A DNA stretch of 64,000 nt from Trichoplax sp. H2. Lineage: Eukaryota. Positions 39,846 through 59,269 of this stretch are shown piece after piece. The stretch is from contig NOWV01000169.1 in assembly GCA_003344405.1 (NCBI GenBank), forward strand, positions 1 to 64,000, given 5' to 3'. The number at the start of each line of letters is the position of its first letter. Position 1 is the first letter of the stretch. The position numbers were made by a program, and so were the translations under genes. The notes beneath the pieces were generated by a model. It saw only the letters and a list, made by a program, of their open reading frames with translations. It was not told the DNA's origin and ran no database searches.

Positions 39846-40085
39846 AGCATAAACTTATATTTGACAGTTTCGCTTACCAACCTTAACGTAGCATTAATAC
39901 TGTATATAGTAACCATCCTTATTCGGTAAACATACTAATACGAAAGTTACTAGGAAATTTGAATTGGTATAGAAATGAATGATCTCTAGGGTTTATGTAA
40001 ATATTATTGAGAAGGTATAAGTGATTGATACACATCAGTAGGTACTATTAGCTCTATTGCTCTCATGCATTTCGTAGTGTTACCC

Positions 40086-40372
40086 TACTGTAGTTCCCCT
40101 GTCCCGGTTATTTTTGATTGCTATATATCATATAACAAAAAGTGTTTCTAAGAGGATAATGTCAGTCAGTCAGCGATCTGATAGGCGAAAGCGAAGTGAA
40201 CAACGTGGAAATGTACGATCAGTACGTACATGAAATCAATCTGTTTTAAATATAGTAGTACCCGGCTATTACCGGGATATATATGATGTCGAATGGTAAT
40301 ACTATCTGTTAATTATTAATAAATGGGTACATTATCGTAAACCGTCAGCAAAGCGACGGGAGTTTGGACTAG
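40086..40372 (+). mobile_element. Non-autonomous Helitron-like element, longest copy
   Basis: Ends with the GC-rich hairpin CCGTC-A-GC-AAA-GC-GACGG, then 9 nt, then CTAG followed by T, the canonical Helitron 3' end. No TIR or TSD seen. The 5' boundary is approximate. Confidence 0.75.
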
Positions 40373-41770
40373 TAGGTTTTAAAATATAATCTCACGACAG
40401 TAATTATCCCTAAAATGGTAAACACAACCAGTAATAATCCCTAATATGGAAATAAACTGAACATAACAATGCCAATGTTTGTCATTGACTTATCCTAGCG
40501 TTTTAATGATCTTACTGTTCCACAGTAAATTGGACAGATATAAATACTACATCAGTACTTGTGTAGAGCTCATCAGATGGGATATATAGTGTTACTATCA
40601 CTGCGCACATTGAATATGTCCATTCAGCAGTTTTTAACCTTAAAATCGTATACAAAGGTCATGGCTTTGTGCTCCGCTAAACATTCTTGAAATTAATCAA
40701 GAGCTCTGGTACTATTTAAAGGATAATGCTAAAATTTTGCATCTACTAAGGATTCAGTGTCTTAATAACTTTGAATTTGAGATAAAGAGTACAGGAAATT
40801 TCAATGTAAATTTCATCTGATGTAATTTTGTATTAAAATTCTAATTTATCACCTACACCTGTACACGAATAGACATGTAAAAAATAATAAAAATCGCAGG
40901 TGTAATTAGATACAGCTCAGATACCTTACATCAAGCATCGGAAATTTATAGTTACCACTTCAAACGTATGACATACACTATTTATTGTCACAATCTCATT
41001 TCGAAGTAATACTTTCAATACAACGGTGATCAGTATCGTATTCATTATTAAGAGGTCCTTCCGTTTAAAAATCGCAGATACGAAGGTATCACACATTCGT
41101 GATATCGGACAATTAGGATTTCAAAACAGTCCGTTATTCATACATTAAATTTTATTTTATGTTCTGTAATTTGGTCTAGTACAGTGACCCGTGTGATTTA
41201 GGTCAAAGAAACTTCAACGACGTTCCGACAGTAAATTGGCAGTATCTCAAGTCAAAAGAGGACTAGCGATATTGGCGCTTCATGGTTTTAATATACCATC
41301 ATTTCTATCTAACTAAATCGGCTAAAAATGTTGATCTTTATTGGCTTATCTCCCCTAGGTGGTAAACTACAAAGGGAGAAATCTTGCTAAGTTATTCTAG
41401 AGTAAGTAGTGTAGCATATCGTGCACAAAAGCAGTGTTATTGAATCTACATTTCCAGCAATTAATTATGAGTCCTCATACCGCATATCTATAATATGGGT
41501 TCAATTTCAGCTGCAACGTAAGAATTGTAACTCTTTATAAAATTTTTAATTAATTAAACAAGGCAGGATTTAAGAGTAGTAAAATAAAAGTATGTAGATA
41601 ATAATTTATTAATGTTAATACTAGATAGCACTGTAGCATTGCTGCGAATTTATAATATAAGTATATTTATAAGCAAGCAAGTTAGTAAGTCTGCTATTTA
41701 TTTTTCAGATATCAAAAACAAGTCCATATGCTACAGACTGAGTCAGCTGTCAAAAATATGTGATAAAAAA

Positions 41771-44036
41771 TTATCTTGGGGAGTCATTTTCGTGGGATTC
41801 CAGCAATCGCTTTTTTGACATAAATTCTCTTTCATGCTCAAATTCGATATTTGATTTTGGTAATAACCTCGAAACGTTTTGCCTAGCCTCGGTATCTGCA
41901 GGCAATATTTGATCAAATTCTTCGATATCACTGATATTATACTCATCTATGTCATCGTCAGCTATAAATTCAATTTCCTAGAGGTATTTAAGGCGATAGC
42001 AGATAAGAAACAAATACTTTGTGAGTATATATTAAGATCTTAAGATAGTATTTTACTTCTACTTCGTCGTCACTTTCTATTTCTTTTAGCTGATAAAGGG
42101 ATAAAGAACAAAACATAAGCAAAAAAAACGAGTCTAAGATAGCTTTTATAAAGAAAATATAAATCATAAATATATCTTTCAAGGATAAAAATAACCTTAT
42201 CCTCTTCCCTTATGTCCATCTCCTCACTATTAAGAGCACTTTCGAAAGCTTTCTCAGGAAAGTTATATATTTCTGCATACTAGTATCAAAGCGAAAAATA
42301 CAGTATTAAAACTTGAAGAAAAAGGTAAGACAGGGGTATCATCAACATCACACTCTGAATCACTTACTGTTCCTTTTCGTAACCTTTCTAGTAATTCATT
42401 TTCAACCGCATTCTCAATTCGTGCAGCAATCAAGGCTTTCTCCTAAACAACACACATTCTTAACTGTTTATATATTTCAAGATTTCACAGAGTCTTAAAG
42501 ATTTTGATAACCTCTCGCTTTTTGTTCACGTTTTCAGCCTTCTTACTGATGCCCACTAACACTTTCTGGCTACATATACATTGTAAGTTTGTGATTATCT
42601 TTTATTCGTCAATGTGAATATAGAAATTGTGCTATACCGAAATAAGGAGTGATGCAAAATTTTTTCTTACTTTGTTTTTAACTTCAGTTTTCTCATTTTG
42701 ATAAGATACTATTCAATAAAAGAAAGTATATATTTCACTATCTACTTTATTAATTACAATAATGACCTTCCTGACATACTAAGCACCAAAATCAAAGTCA
42801 CATACCTGGGTAATTTTTGTAAACCGTTGCTTGCACTTATGAATCGAAAAATTTGGCCAATACATCAAATTTTTATCAATCTGATAACAGCACCAACATA
42901 TTGAATTATAATTTTGAGCTATCACATAATATAACATCGCAACAATAGAAATTCTTGTACCACATTTAGAGCTTTCTCATAGTTTTTTGGTAGCTTTATT
43001 TTTTCCCACAGTTTAGCTGGTGAATGAGCTCGCTCAATAGTTTTTATATATAAAAAGCAATTGCCTATATAGAAGAACAATCGTAAATTTACAATTTGTG
43101 TGACAGTCTCCTAGTTAGCTAGCTAGCTAGCCCAGAGATGCCTTCATAAGCTACTGTTGTAGTATAAGTCTACATAGCAACAAAACAATCGAGTCAAGAA
43201 ATCTAGCGACAAAACTCTACTTGAGCTGCAGTATAGTTCTTTTAAGTACAAAGGGCAGAAAATTTATGTTGAGGAGACCTGCTTTGCATTTTTATGCTAT
43301 AAACGTTAAATTATAGTAATATATTATAATACAAATGGAAGATGCTCAATAACCAACATTAGACGCGTCCAATCTAATTAATTACTAATATACAAATGCA
43401 AATATATATATATATATACTTGATTTATGAAATGATAACTAAACATTCTTAACGGACTATACGAAATCAGACTTTGTTAATTACCGTTTAACTCCTTGAC
43501 AGTGGCGTATCGGCTGTTCGCTAATGGGCATGATTGCCTATTACATAATCCAGTTACATTATATTCATTACGACAGAAACTCTGCGCCTTTGTCCTAAAA
43601 TATGAACATGCGCTCACTACTAAGATCTCAACATTCGTACTGTATATTCATAGCACATTTACATTCCGTCGAATTACATTTAGCTTAAAATGATAACTGA
43701 TTAATTAGCATTCAACTTAAATTATATTATTCAAGAAAATCTGCATAAACACGTTCTTGTTACTTATAAAATAATTACTGGCTGTTACTGAATATCATTG
43801 GACATTTACTTTGCTTTAAATGAACAGAATCCGTTATTGATAACGCTCCATATCACCTATTTAAAGTATAAGAAAATACGAATAACCTTAGGTCTTTACT
43901 GAATATGACAAATTAACATATTACTGCGGCTCCAAATCTGAATACTGTACATTTTAACAATAATTATAATTATAACTAATCAATAGCAATACAGTATTAT
44001 TTTGTGCAACTGTAACCTCACCTCATCATTCTGCAT
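41771..44036 (-). CDS. MAK16: Ribosome biogenesis protein MAK16
   Basis: Spliced [55 protein letters not shown]/...[21 protein letters not shown].../...[20 protein letters not shown].../[33 protein letters not shown]..., then an acidic tail. Stop TAA at 41773-41771. Confidence 0.95.
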
Positions 44037-44079
44037 GTTGCTCTGTACAAACCTTCGCAAAATCAAATAAAAAAGCTTG

Positions 44080-44800
44080 CAATATACTGTACAGTACTGT
44101 ACATATAGAAAAGCGAGTATGTAAACCTAAGAAGGGTATATACTGTACGTACTGATCTCTTATTGTCAAGAATTTGGTAGATTAACTAAGCACTGGTATA
44201 ATACTGTACTGTACAGTACAGTGTACACTGTACAGACTGGAGACTCGTGGGCATTCTAACTTACAGTAGTACTGTACAGTACAGTACAGTACCGTACTGT
44301 ACTGTACGTTCACTAGTATCTCAACACCAATATTTAGTTTTCGTGTACTCTACTACAGTATTTACTGTACTGTACTGTACTGTACAGTACGTTAGACCCT
44401 TCATACTGTACTGTACAGTACAGTACGGTATTGTGAGACGTTTCAGCATACTGTACAGTGTACAGTGTACTGTACAGTATAATTACAGTACAGACTACTG
44501 TATCGAGTGCAGCCAGTACTGTACTGTACAGTACAGGCAATGTGGAAAATACTGTACAGTATACAGTACTCAGCGTTGTTGATAATAATGTTTACTGTAT
44601 GTTTAATGTTATACTGTATACTGTACATACTGTACCGTACTGTAAGCTGCAGCGAAAAGCCTTCTGCTCACAGTAATGTACAGTACAGTACTGTAGTGCA
44701 CAGTATTGTGAACAAATAACATTGGACACCTTTTTTTACATACTGTACAGTGTACAGTACAGTAAAGTAAGACGGTATTGTACTGTACTGTACATTACAG
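44080..44800. repeat. Dense CAGTA/CTGTA pentamer array in the MAK16/DHX15 divergent spacer
   Basis: Dozens of TACAGTA/TACTGTA units in mixed orientation, interspersed with unique sequence. They generate the spurious YSTVLYCTVQ ORFs in the track. Confidence 0.95.
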
Positions 44801-44877
44801 TGAACCGTAACTATAACGCAAATTATACCCATCAGATATCGATAGTGATTGCTCCCTGAGCTATAAGTGGAATAGCC

Positions 44878-49447
<4,570 letters not shown>

Positions 49448-49984
49448 AATTTATTTTAACGTAAAGATCCTAAGACCTAATTTATATAGTATGGTATAGT
49501 CATATTAATATCGATCGAAATTCTTGATACGCGTATTCACAACATACTGTAGTATTAGCAATTGATTAATATGCAGGATTTTCGCAATGGATACCGTAAT
49601 ATGGGTAATGCTGTATAATTACATCTGCTATGTGAGGTAGCGATCTAGTATCGAGTTGCGTTTAACTGTCGTCGGTAATAAAGGCTACGTATATATATAA
49701 GTTGAATGATTAGTTATATAATAGAAATTTAATCCGAAATACTTCCAATTCATCGTTCCTTTGTTTGATTGAGGTTTTTTCTTGATGAATATAGGACGTG
49801 TTATATAGATTGCGCTATCTTAATCCCTAGCTATACGGCTAATAGTGATGTGCATATCTGTATAAAATAATAAGGGAGATGGAATATCAATTATTCCGCT
49901 AATTGATCGACCGTTTATTGATGTATTTTAACGCCGATGAGTTTATGAATAAACTTCGGATTAAAACATGGAATCAAGAATTTT

Positions 49985-52900
49985 TCACTGTTCATCAGGC
50001 TTTATAGTAACGTGAAAAATTTCTATACCAGTGCCGCAAATACCTATTATCCATTCATTGCATCTGTCACAAAATTAAGTGAAACAATTTCTCAATAAGC
50101 ATTTGCTCTAAAAGAAATTTATAACCAGAAATATCGTTTCGCATTGACTATTCGTGCGAAATTTTCAATTTTTTTGCTTTAATAACCTAAAAAAGCTAAA
50201 TGTTTCTTACCCGATTGGACAAGCATGTAGATTTGAAGCGTCGGCAACATTAACAAAACTGGAGAATATCCGCTTTACTGAACAAAACTACAATATGTTA
50301 TAAGTGATTAATTACAATTACTAATAAATATTCTAAATATGAGTACAACTAGGAAGAGTTCTTTACTTTGGCATCAGTTGGGATATACCAAATTTTTAAA
50401 CGTTGATCAATTGATACAGAAACTATATATGTAGGGCTCAAGAACTGGATACCTACGTTGTAATAAAAAAGGACTTTTAGACATTTAATAATTTAAAGTA
50501 TTTAATTACGGTTAAATTTACATCACTTGACGAACCGGTTATTGAAGCAGTATGTGCAGAGTCGATAATTTGAGAATTCAAGACAGTAACGCAACCATTA
50601 CCGCTCTCATTTATGATAATGCAGCACAGAAAGATTTTTGTGTCGTCTCCTGCGCTAGTTATCTGATACCTATTCGTTATTACTTGTATTGTCATATTAG
50701 AACAAAATTGATGGACATGACTTAAGATCGTTTTTCATTCCAGACTTCTTGTAAAATAAGTCCAATTGCACTCTGACAAAAATTTTTATAATCACATGAT
50801 AATTAATCAACACAAGTGTAATTTCTTACCAGGATCTCGCATCGCATTGATTTTATTAACACCACAGGCATGGGCTTTCAGGACGTCAGGTTTATCTACA
50901 GAAATTCAGTATTAGTTCACTGAGAAATACACGCACACATCATAAAATAATCTTAATAACATAGACCCGTTTCATCTCAGAAGACTTTACGATTATTATA
51001 TAATTTTAGCAAGTAATAGCGTCAAATTTCCTAACTACATTTAGGATCAAGCAAGACTTCTTCTTGTGATAAGGAAAACTGGTCCAATAATGCAGTGTCG
51101 ACTTGCCAAATAGCAATTTTGCCATCAGTCGCACCACTAAGTAAAAAGGGGATAGAATAACGGTTTGCATCTGAGCTATAGATGAAGTAATCAATACTAA
51201 GAATGCAATGCTGATGATAACTCAATTGCCCAATAAACTTAAATTTTTTCTTGATTGCATAAAACCCGTATAGTCTGAAATGCAGTACATCGATAAAAAA
51301 AGTTAAGAACGTAAATATCAACAATTATTGTTATCTTTAAAATATGCAGCGGTACCTAATTAATCCGTCAGAGCAAGCGGCAGCAACGAAGTATATGCTT
51401 TCGTCAGTAAACTTGCTATAAATGGTTTGATCAATACAAAAAGATGCAAGAGCCATGATACGGCTTTCCAATGATGAATCTTGCTGTGTTTTAACTTTTT
51501 TACGGAAATTTATTTCATTTTGTGATAATTCAGAAATAAGAGTAACATCGGAGTCGTTATAGTTCTGACTCAGTGCAACGTCACCATCGCCACAAGCTGG
51601 CAGAGTTACCTTCCAGGCCTTTAGAAGCATTCGTCCACCAGCAGTAAATAAAATGATAATCCGGCCTCGCTCAGAACCATCAAGATTACTTTGCAGGCGT
51701 GAGCCCACGATTGCTCGAATACTCGAAATATGGTCTCGGCATACTTTCAATCTTCTTAGAAATCCCTCATTTCCAGTAACTTTATTGATGTTAAGGCATA
51801 TCCGATAGCATATAACTCTTTCAGAATTATCTAATAATTTAATTTTGAACACTCTAAAAGTAAACTGTCTACTGAAGAACGCTAAACAGTAAACTGTTGT
51901 AAATACTTCGGTATTTAGTAACTTCACTGGATACATGCTGTAATAGTCATATTTGTATCTTCGCTACTAGTGACCGTTATCCCTGAATGTTGCGATGTTG
52001 CTTTATTCCACAAACATGAGTTCATGATTTTTTAGTGACATAGATTATTACGAATGCAAACTTAAAAATACGATGAATATAAAAATGTGATTCTTATTCT
52101 ACATAAAAGAATTAAATACAATACTGTACAGATCTCTTACTAGCTCCAAGAGGTTTTCGCCGCCAATCCAAAAGATAAATATCCGTAATTTCTCTGCCAT
52201 GAAGTGATTCCTAATTACAAATAGGCGGGATAATTTCGTATAATTTTCTTGAATATCTTCAGTAAACTCAAGGATTTTACTACCGTATTAGCATAGTACC
52301 TTTAAAATTACTTTACAAGTAGGTTTTGTCAAAGTGAAGTTGCAAATACAGGCTTTTGTTGCTTTAATATAAGCGAAGGTACCTCTTACACCCCCATCCT
52401 TTCAGAACCGATAAAATGGAAAATCAATATTTTGAGTACGTACTATGTTAAGACTTTTAAAGGCAAATATCGAATATTAAAATATTTATCAATTAAAGCG
52501 GACTTCTTCGATTAGGCAAATATCCCAGCCACGATGCCCTCCTCCACATTCCATTTGAAAAATAACTTCATTTCTTTCCACATGCCAAATAACAAGATTG
52601 CTCGAACGAAACGCGATTATTATTAAGTTGCCATTACTGATTGTAATTAAACGTTCTATCCAAGTCAACCCTTTAAACGGAACCTAGTTACATAACGAAT
52701 AAAACTTTCAAAAATCTAGCTAAGTTTCTAAAAAGCTAGCCAAAAGTGTATCATTAAAATACAGCAATACAAGCGGTAGTCATTTACCTTAAGTTTTTCA
52801 ATTAGCTCAATACCACGTTCTGTTTTTAGAAACTTGCAATACATTCCGTTTCTACCACAAGTAAAAACATGATTTCTAGAACTACATATCGACGTAACAC

Positions 52901-55900
52901 CGTTGTCTCCATGCAAATTTCGGAATGAATTAATCGGAAGAATACCCTATAGTGAAAAGAAAGCAGCAATAACCACAGTGGTTATAAAACAAGTTAAATT
53001 CTTGATAACTGATATCATCAGGAATTCAAGTTGATAATTGTAGGTATTACGAAATAAAATCACTCGTCCACTATTTAGCAAAGTATCAGTGATGCACGTA
53101 TAATTATTAAACTAACAACATACTATGACCATTAGCAAAGACAGAATCTTATGACATCATACCTCCTTAATGTTATGATGAACTTCGCTAGTATCAGTAT
53201 CATTTCCATCGTATACATGAACAGTTCCATGTCTGTCCCCACAGATGATAAAACATGTCTTCCGCTTTGTACGGTTGCTACTCGTACTACCAAGACTTAA
53301 ATCATTAACACTAGAAATGCTGATGATTTGTGCACAGGTTACCCAGCGATGCTTACAATTAGGCAAATTCATGCTCTTCATAAGGTAAGTCTTCAATCCA
53401 TCTTTCGTGCTAACAATTGTAAACCAAACCTAAAAAATTATACGTATAACCATGTTATTATGCTCGGTCTCAATACTTTTATTAATTAAGAAAACTAATG
53501 CATGAAACTTATAATACCATAACTCCTTCTGGACCTGTAGCAATTAAGTTAACAGATTCGTGGTCAGTGTAACCGATTGCCCAAACCAGACTTAAAACTT
53601 TACCGGAAAAGTAATTTTCTAATTCGACTGCTTTGCTGTTAGAACCTAAAGACGTTACCGTCACCAGACGTACAAAGTAACAGTATCTAGTTATAATTAT
53701 TACAAATTTAATAACTGATTAATGCGTTAATCATACCAATCGAAGATATGTAAATACTTCCGCTAAGGTTACCAATCGCAATCAACCTGTGTGGTCTATT
53801 TACGGAAATTATGCTATACGATGCATAATTTATATTTTTAAATAATAATTTCCAGACGTTCCTTACAGGATTTTGTTGCTGTACCTCCCAAGAATACTGA
53901 TACAAGTAACTAACAGACAGATATGTATACGAAAACTCTAATAAGATCAAATGTGTCAAATATTGTGATGATGTAGTAAGTCAAATTTTAAGATTATTTA
54001 TTCACCCCTTATCTGTCATTAGCAGTATTGAAGTTGCATTCCACAAAGCAAGCGATCTTGGAAAATCCTTTCAACAATTCTTTGATAAGCTGTCAATGTA
54101 TACCGTACTATATGATTAAATAACTACACTTACATACGATTAGTTTTACCTTAGATTCAGTTTTAACACTTTCGTCGAGATTAACGGGCAAAGTAATTGT
54201 TTGATTGACAACTTTGAAAAGAGAATTGGAACACTAGTGTAAATTTGTTGACAAGTAAAGCTTGTGGCTTAAAATTTTTGATTACGAAACCAAAATGAAG
54301 ATTTACCAAGCGGATGAAAATTAAGAATAGGCCAGAGACGTATTGATGCATCTCCACCACCAGTAGCCTGTCATGCCATTAAATAAAAAAGAAGAGCATC
54401 AGAAATCTCATCGATTCTTAAAAGATCAATTGTATCTACCGCAAGAGATCCATCAGGAGAAATTGCCATACTCCAAATATTTTTTCCCTGAATTGATAAG
54501 GACGTAAATAATATTTTGTAAGACTCTACGTTTATATATCTAAATCAAAGATTGTAATACTCAAATAAACGTACTATATGTCCATTAAACGAATAGATCA
54601 TGTTGCCTTCCAGGTCCCAAAGTATACAAGAGGCATCCTGACATGAAGATTCAAATTGTATGAAAACAAGAGGAGACAAATTTAAAATTCGTCGTGATCT
54701 ATACGGATCAGAAATTTCTGAATACCTCTCCAATACTTATGACATAATCAGACAGTAGGTACGCATCCCAAACTCGCGCCTTATGACCATAGAAGGTCTT
54801 TAACGGAGATAATATTACTGGCTTTCTTTCTTTTCTGGGATCTGAAATCCAATCTTCATTTACTTGCCACAATCGTATACTTCGATCATCGGACGCAGAG
54901 CAGAGATAATTTTCATTAGCGAAAGTAATTGAGAAAATAGCACCCTACAAGTGAATTAATTTGGAAATTACACTGCTCATATAGTGTGCTTAAAATGGTG
55001 ACATAATTCATACTCTTATATGGATATATTAAGTAATTGATTAAAGGTTTATTACAGCTGCAGTAGAATATTACCTCATGTCCTATCAGCTTTATGGAAA
55101 CTTCTGCTACTTGTTTCTTTTCTTGTAATGATTCCTTGGAAGAAAAGGCTCGCCATAATAAAATCTGATTATAAACTGTACCACTTCCCAGCGCTAGCTC
55201 GAGCAAAGTACAGTTATGTTTGACGAAGCTGGCAGAATATCTTTATTTACATGATCGATTAAGGAAGATAATTTAGTAATAACTGTGGTGGAAACTTTGT
55301 ACTATTTCATAAAGTAATAAATCACCAAAGTCTGATACAACATACACTGCTGGTTGCATTGCACGATGTAACGTACATTTAGGGTTTTCCATTCTAGTAT
55401 AACAACGGCATTTAACCCAGTCACAAGAGCTAGGAGGATAGGCTCCTGAAAGTAGCGTATAAGGTAGCACATGAAGTTATCTCAAATTTAATTCAGCGAT
55501 AATTTTCAATCACGATTTACAATTTGGAATTATGATTACTAGCAAAATTGCATTGCATAGGAGCAGATAATTATTATTCTTGTTGTCATACCTTCGTTCT
55601 GATGTCTTTATTGTTATCATAAATCCATGCAGCATCCCATATCCAAGATTTCACATTGAATACCGAGGTCAAAGTGTCCATTCTGGGTCATACAAATAAG
55701 TTACAGTCATGATCGTTTCTAACTACGGAATTAGGGTAAATTACAATTGAGGATACAAATTTGGGCGAAGGAAACGCTTAATCATGATGGAATTATCGTT
55801 GCGATGTTAATACGGTAAAGGTATAGTACATACCGAAACATTATTGACTGACTAAAGACCTTTAGATGGCTAGAAAGTAAAAATGCAAAAAAAACAGCGT

Positions 55901-57296
55901 AAACGCTTTTCAGAGTAGTGAGGAATTACTAGTGATTGGTGTAATCATGCAATTGGCAACGTCCTTATTTACTGGAAGTTGATAGCCGCTTGAATATTAA
56001 GTGTCAAAATAATAATAATGGAAAAGTATAATCACATGCACTCATCTACTGACATACATTTACATTTTACGCCGTATAAGATGAAGGGTGATATCTACAT
56101 GCTAAGGGTAATTCGGTATTCACACATTTTACACATATTTCAATATACAGGATAAGATAAATAAGCGGTATAGTTTAGTAGCCACACAGGATAGATACTT
56201 GAACTTACTCAAACAAATAACGATCACTACTTCCAATAACGTTGATGATTCGGAGGCATTTTTCACCAAATATTGCCACGACATAATCGTTATTAGAAAA
56301 AGCTGATTTTAAATATACAAAATAGTCGTCAAAACATTTCTTACCCATGCCCAAGCAATCATCATTGGAGTTCGCCGACAACTACAATATTACATCTTTT
56401 TAAACTAATCTGCCGAGCTGCAGTATTGCCTAATAGTGAGCTCTACGGACGTACCGTACCTATTGTACTGTACTTATCCGAAACTGTATGTCAACATCGG
56501 ATTACTTTAATTATTTTAACGTGAAAAGATGTAATTAACTCAAAGATCGCATTTTCATACTTTGTACGTCTTCATTGCAGTAAACGGTATTACATTAATG
56601 AAAATATTTTAAAATAGTACTCTGACAAGACGTAATGGATCGATTTATGCCAGCAGGAAATCATAGAGTTATAGTAATGTAAGCGACAAATCCACAACAG
56701 CACAGTATCGATTCTTAGCCATTTATTATTTTACTTTTTAGTGTTTGCTAATTACACCGATTCTATGCTATCATGTATACGCGTATGGTTAACCTGATCG
56801 TATTCCATGGATATTACAACCATGCAATACTTTTGATGTGTTCTGCTTACAACCAGTTAAAACATCGAAAAGATGTAAGTATTCTCCTTCACCTAAATTA
56901 AATTGCGCAAATTTATAACGATTAAGATTAAAATATCTTGCATATACGTACGTGTATACCTAAATTTAAAGCTTGATGCGACAACTGCATGTAAAACACA
57001 CATATCCACTTAAAATGTGCTTGTGTTATTATAAATGATGCAAGCACACAGCACATAGGATAAGTACGAACTGTATCTCCTATTTGCAGTTAAAATATTA
57101 GAAGTTTTTACTTTACATAACAAATTATCCATGAGTATGTTACAGAGTGTACGTATGAAACATAGTGCATGTTATCATTTTGCATATACTGTATATATAA
57201 TAATGTACCGGCCAGTAAATGAGATGATTGCAAGAAATGAATGGCGGTTATTGGAGATGATATTGCTAACTGCTTGGCAATCACTTCTTTGGCCAT
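49985..57296 (-). CDS. WDR6: WD repeat protein WDR6 (Trm734, tRNA 2'-O-methyltransferase cofactor), about 20 exons
   Basis: Exon 1 MAKEVIAKQLAISSPITAIHFLQSSHLLAG; later LALGSGTVYNQILLW, SASDDRSIRLW, FYGHKARVWD, ATGGGDASIRLW, ICGDRHGTVHVY, MECGGGHRGWD, ESLHGREI, VTSSEDT, DHISSIRAI, LFTAGGR, AAACSDGLIR, SGATDGKIAIW, SAGDDT, AHTASITG, VSVSIDQRLKIW, ICGTGIEIF. This motif order is characteristic of WDR6/Trm734. Confidence 0.9.
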
Positions 57297-57625
57297 TACT
57301 CTTCCATTAGTGTCTAGTATTCAGTAGTACACCAAAAGTTTTTACTAGATGCTGCAGCAGTGTGTCGTATACAGCAATTGGCTCTTTATGTTTTTATTGC
57401 TTTTTATTGCAGTATTTAGTATTATTAAGTAATTTTATTATTGTAGTATTGACAGACCGCGACATATATACAGTTGTTTAGTAAGGTAATATACCATCAT
57501 TTTCAGATGGGTGTCCGGCCATCCGTTTTCACGTGACGTACATTCGCACAATCGTCGTACAAGTTAGACGGTAAGCCTCTTTGATGAAAGTAATAGTAAT
57601 TTACAGTAGTGTAATGTACTGTACA

Positions 57626-58150
57626 GTTCGAAACTGACGCACGGGATATACGATTGTACTGTATACTGGAGTTTCTAACCTTAAAATAGCTGAAAAGCTG
57701 ACATTTGCATATATTAGAAAAATTAAAATTTTAATTTAATAATGTAATATATTTGATTGAAATCCAAGTTGTGTACTTTTTAAGGTATCATTGACTGATC
57801 GTTAAGCGAAAAAATAATCCAGATTTGATATCGACAATGCAGTTTAAATCGATATCAAAGAGGTGCGATTAGCAGAATTTCCTCGCAAAATGGCACAAAA
57901 CGATGCTAAATCGCTCAAATCGCACTCCTTCGAGATAGATTGAAACTATACCCTCGGTATTAAATGTGGATTTTTTACATTTAGCAATCAGTCAATGACT
58001 ATCTTAAAGTACACAACTTAGATTTCAATCAAAGCATTGCGATATTAAATTATTCTAATTTATGTAAATGTCAGTTTTTCAGCTGTTTTAAAGTTAGAAA
58101 CTTCCTAGCCAATCGTACAGTATACCACGTGCAGTACGTCCATTTCGAAC
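57626..58150. mobile_element. ~525-bp imperfect palindrome (foldback/MITE-like element)
   Basis: Arms pair over about 240 bp: GTTCGAAA/TTTCGAAC, GTTTCTAAC/GTTAGAAAC, CTGACATTT/AAATGTCAG, TTTGATTGAAATC/GATTTCAATCAAA, AAGTTGTGTACTTT/AAAGTACACAACTT, TCATTGACTGAT/ATCAGTCAATGA, GTGCGATT/AATCGCAC. Confidence 0.85.
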
Positions 58151-59269
58151 CGCACACTTAACTGATGTACACCGTGTCATCTACAATAGTATGCACTTAT
58201 GCAAATGAGCTTTGACATCACTATGAAAATGAAAATATAAGACCCCTATTTTAGCCTTCAACTTAATTAGATCTTTTAATTTTTCAAAGCATTTACATTA
58301 AATTTGGCTCAAATTCCACATAAACTTTATTTCATTTCTTTGAAATTCTAATATAAGCCAATAGTCACTGGTACATGGTCGGTCGGTTCAACCAGCATAC
58401 AACTCACGCCTTATAACAGTGGTCTTATATAAATAAATTAATTAATTGCTGTCGCGGTCCGTAAGTAATACTACAGTAAATCCCATTAAAAGGCCTGTTG
58501 CTGAGCTCTACTTGGAAGCGGCAGCTTTAGATCATAAACGTTATTCAAATTAATTAATTCGAGTGATTTAGAAAACGGACACGAAAGATCCACACTGAGG
58601 AGAGTGTCCAGTGTACACTGTCCAGTCCAGGTATATTCCTAGTGGGTCAGGGTACATTGTCGTATTCATATGCATTCACAGTGCGAAGTGACAGTGATAA
58701 TTATAATGTCAAGTAAAAAAGTACATGCATTTGGACATTTTCGTGATATTATCATGCGTTTCAGTAAAAACTAATTTGACATAAAAATTTGTTCGAGCTT
58801 CATAATTTTCGAAAAAGAAATGTTGGAAAATGTCTAGAGAACGGTTTCAGGCGTACAGTAGCTTGGATTTATTCATTTATGTCACGTTTTAGATTTCAGC
58901 AAACAACGCTGTTATAACTGCAGCATTAACGAGATACGTGTATAGTGTGAGAATATAATATAAAAATTTTATTAACTCGAAATGCACAGCTAGCTCCGGG
59001 CGATGAGTGTAGATAAATTAGGTATGCACTCATAATGCATATAAAATTTTGTATTATTATTTGTATAATATTATTGTTATATTATTGTCTACTATGCATT
59101 TTCCTTTCATATTGCTGCGGAATCTTTACACCTAACAAGGTAATGTGTAACACTATGAATACGTATGTAGTATCGTACTATATATTGTAAAAACTTAAAG
59201 TCCTAAGGGTAGGTTTAGTATACTGTAACAATTTAGTAAGCAGGTACAGTACATTAGTATATGCTAGCG

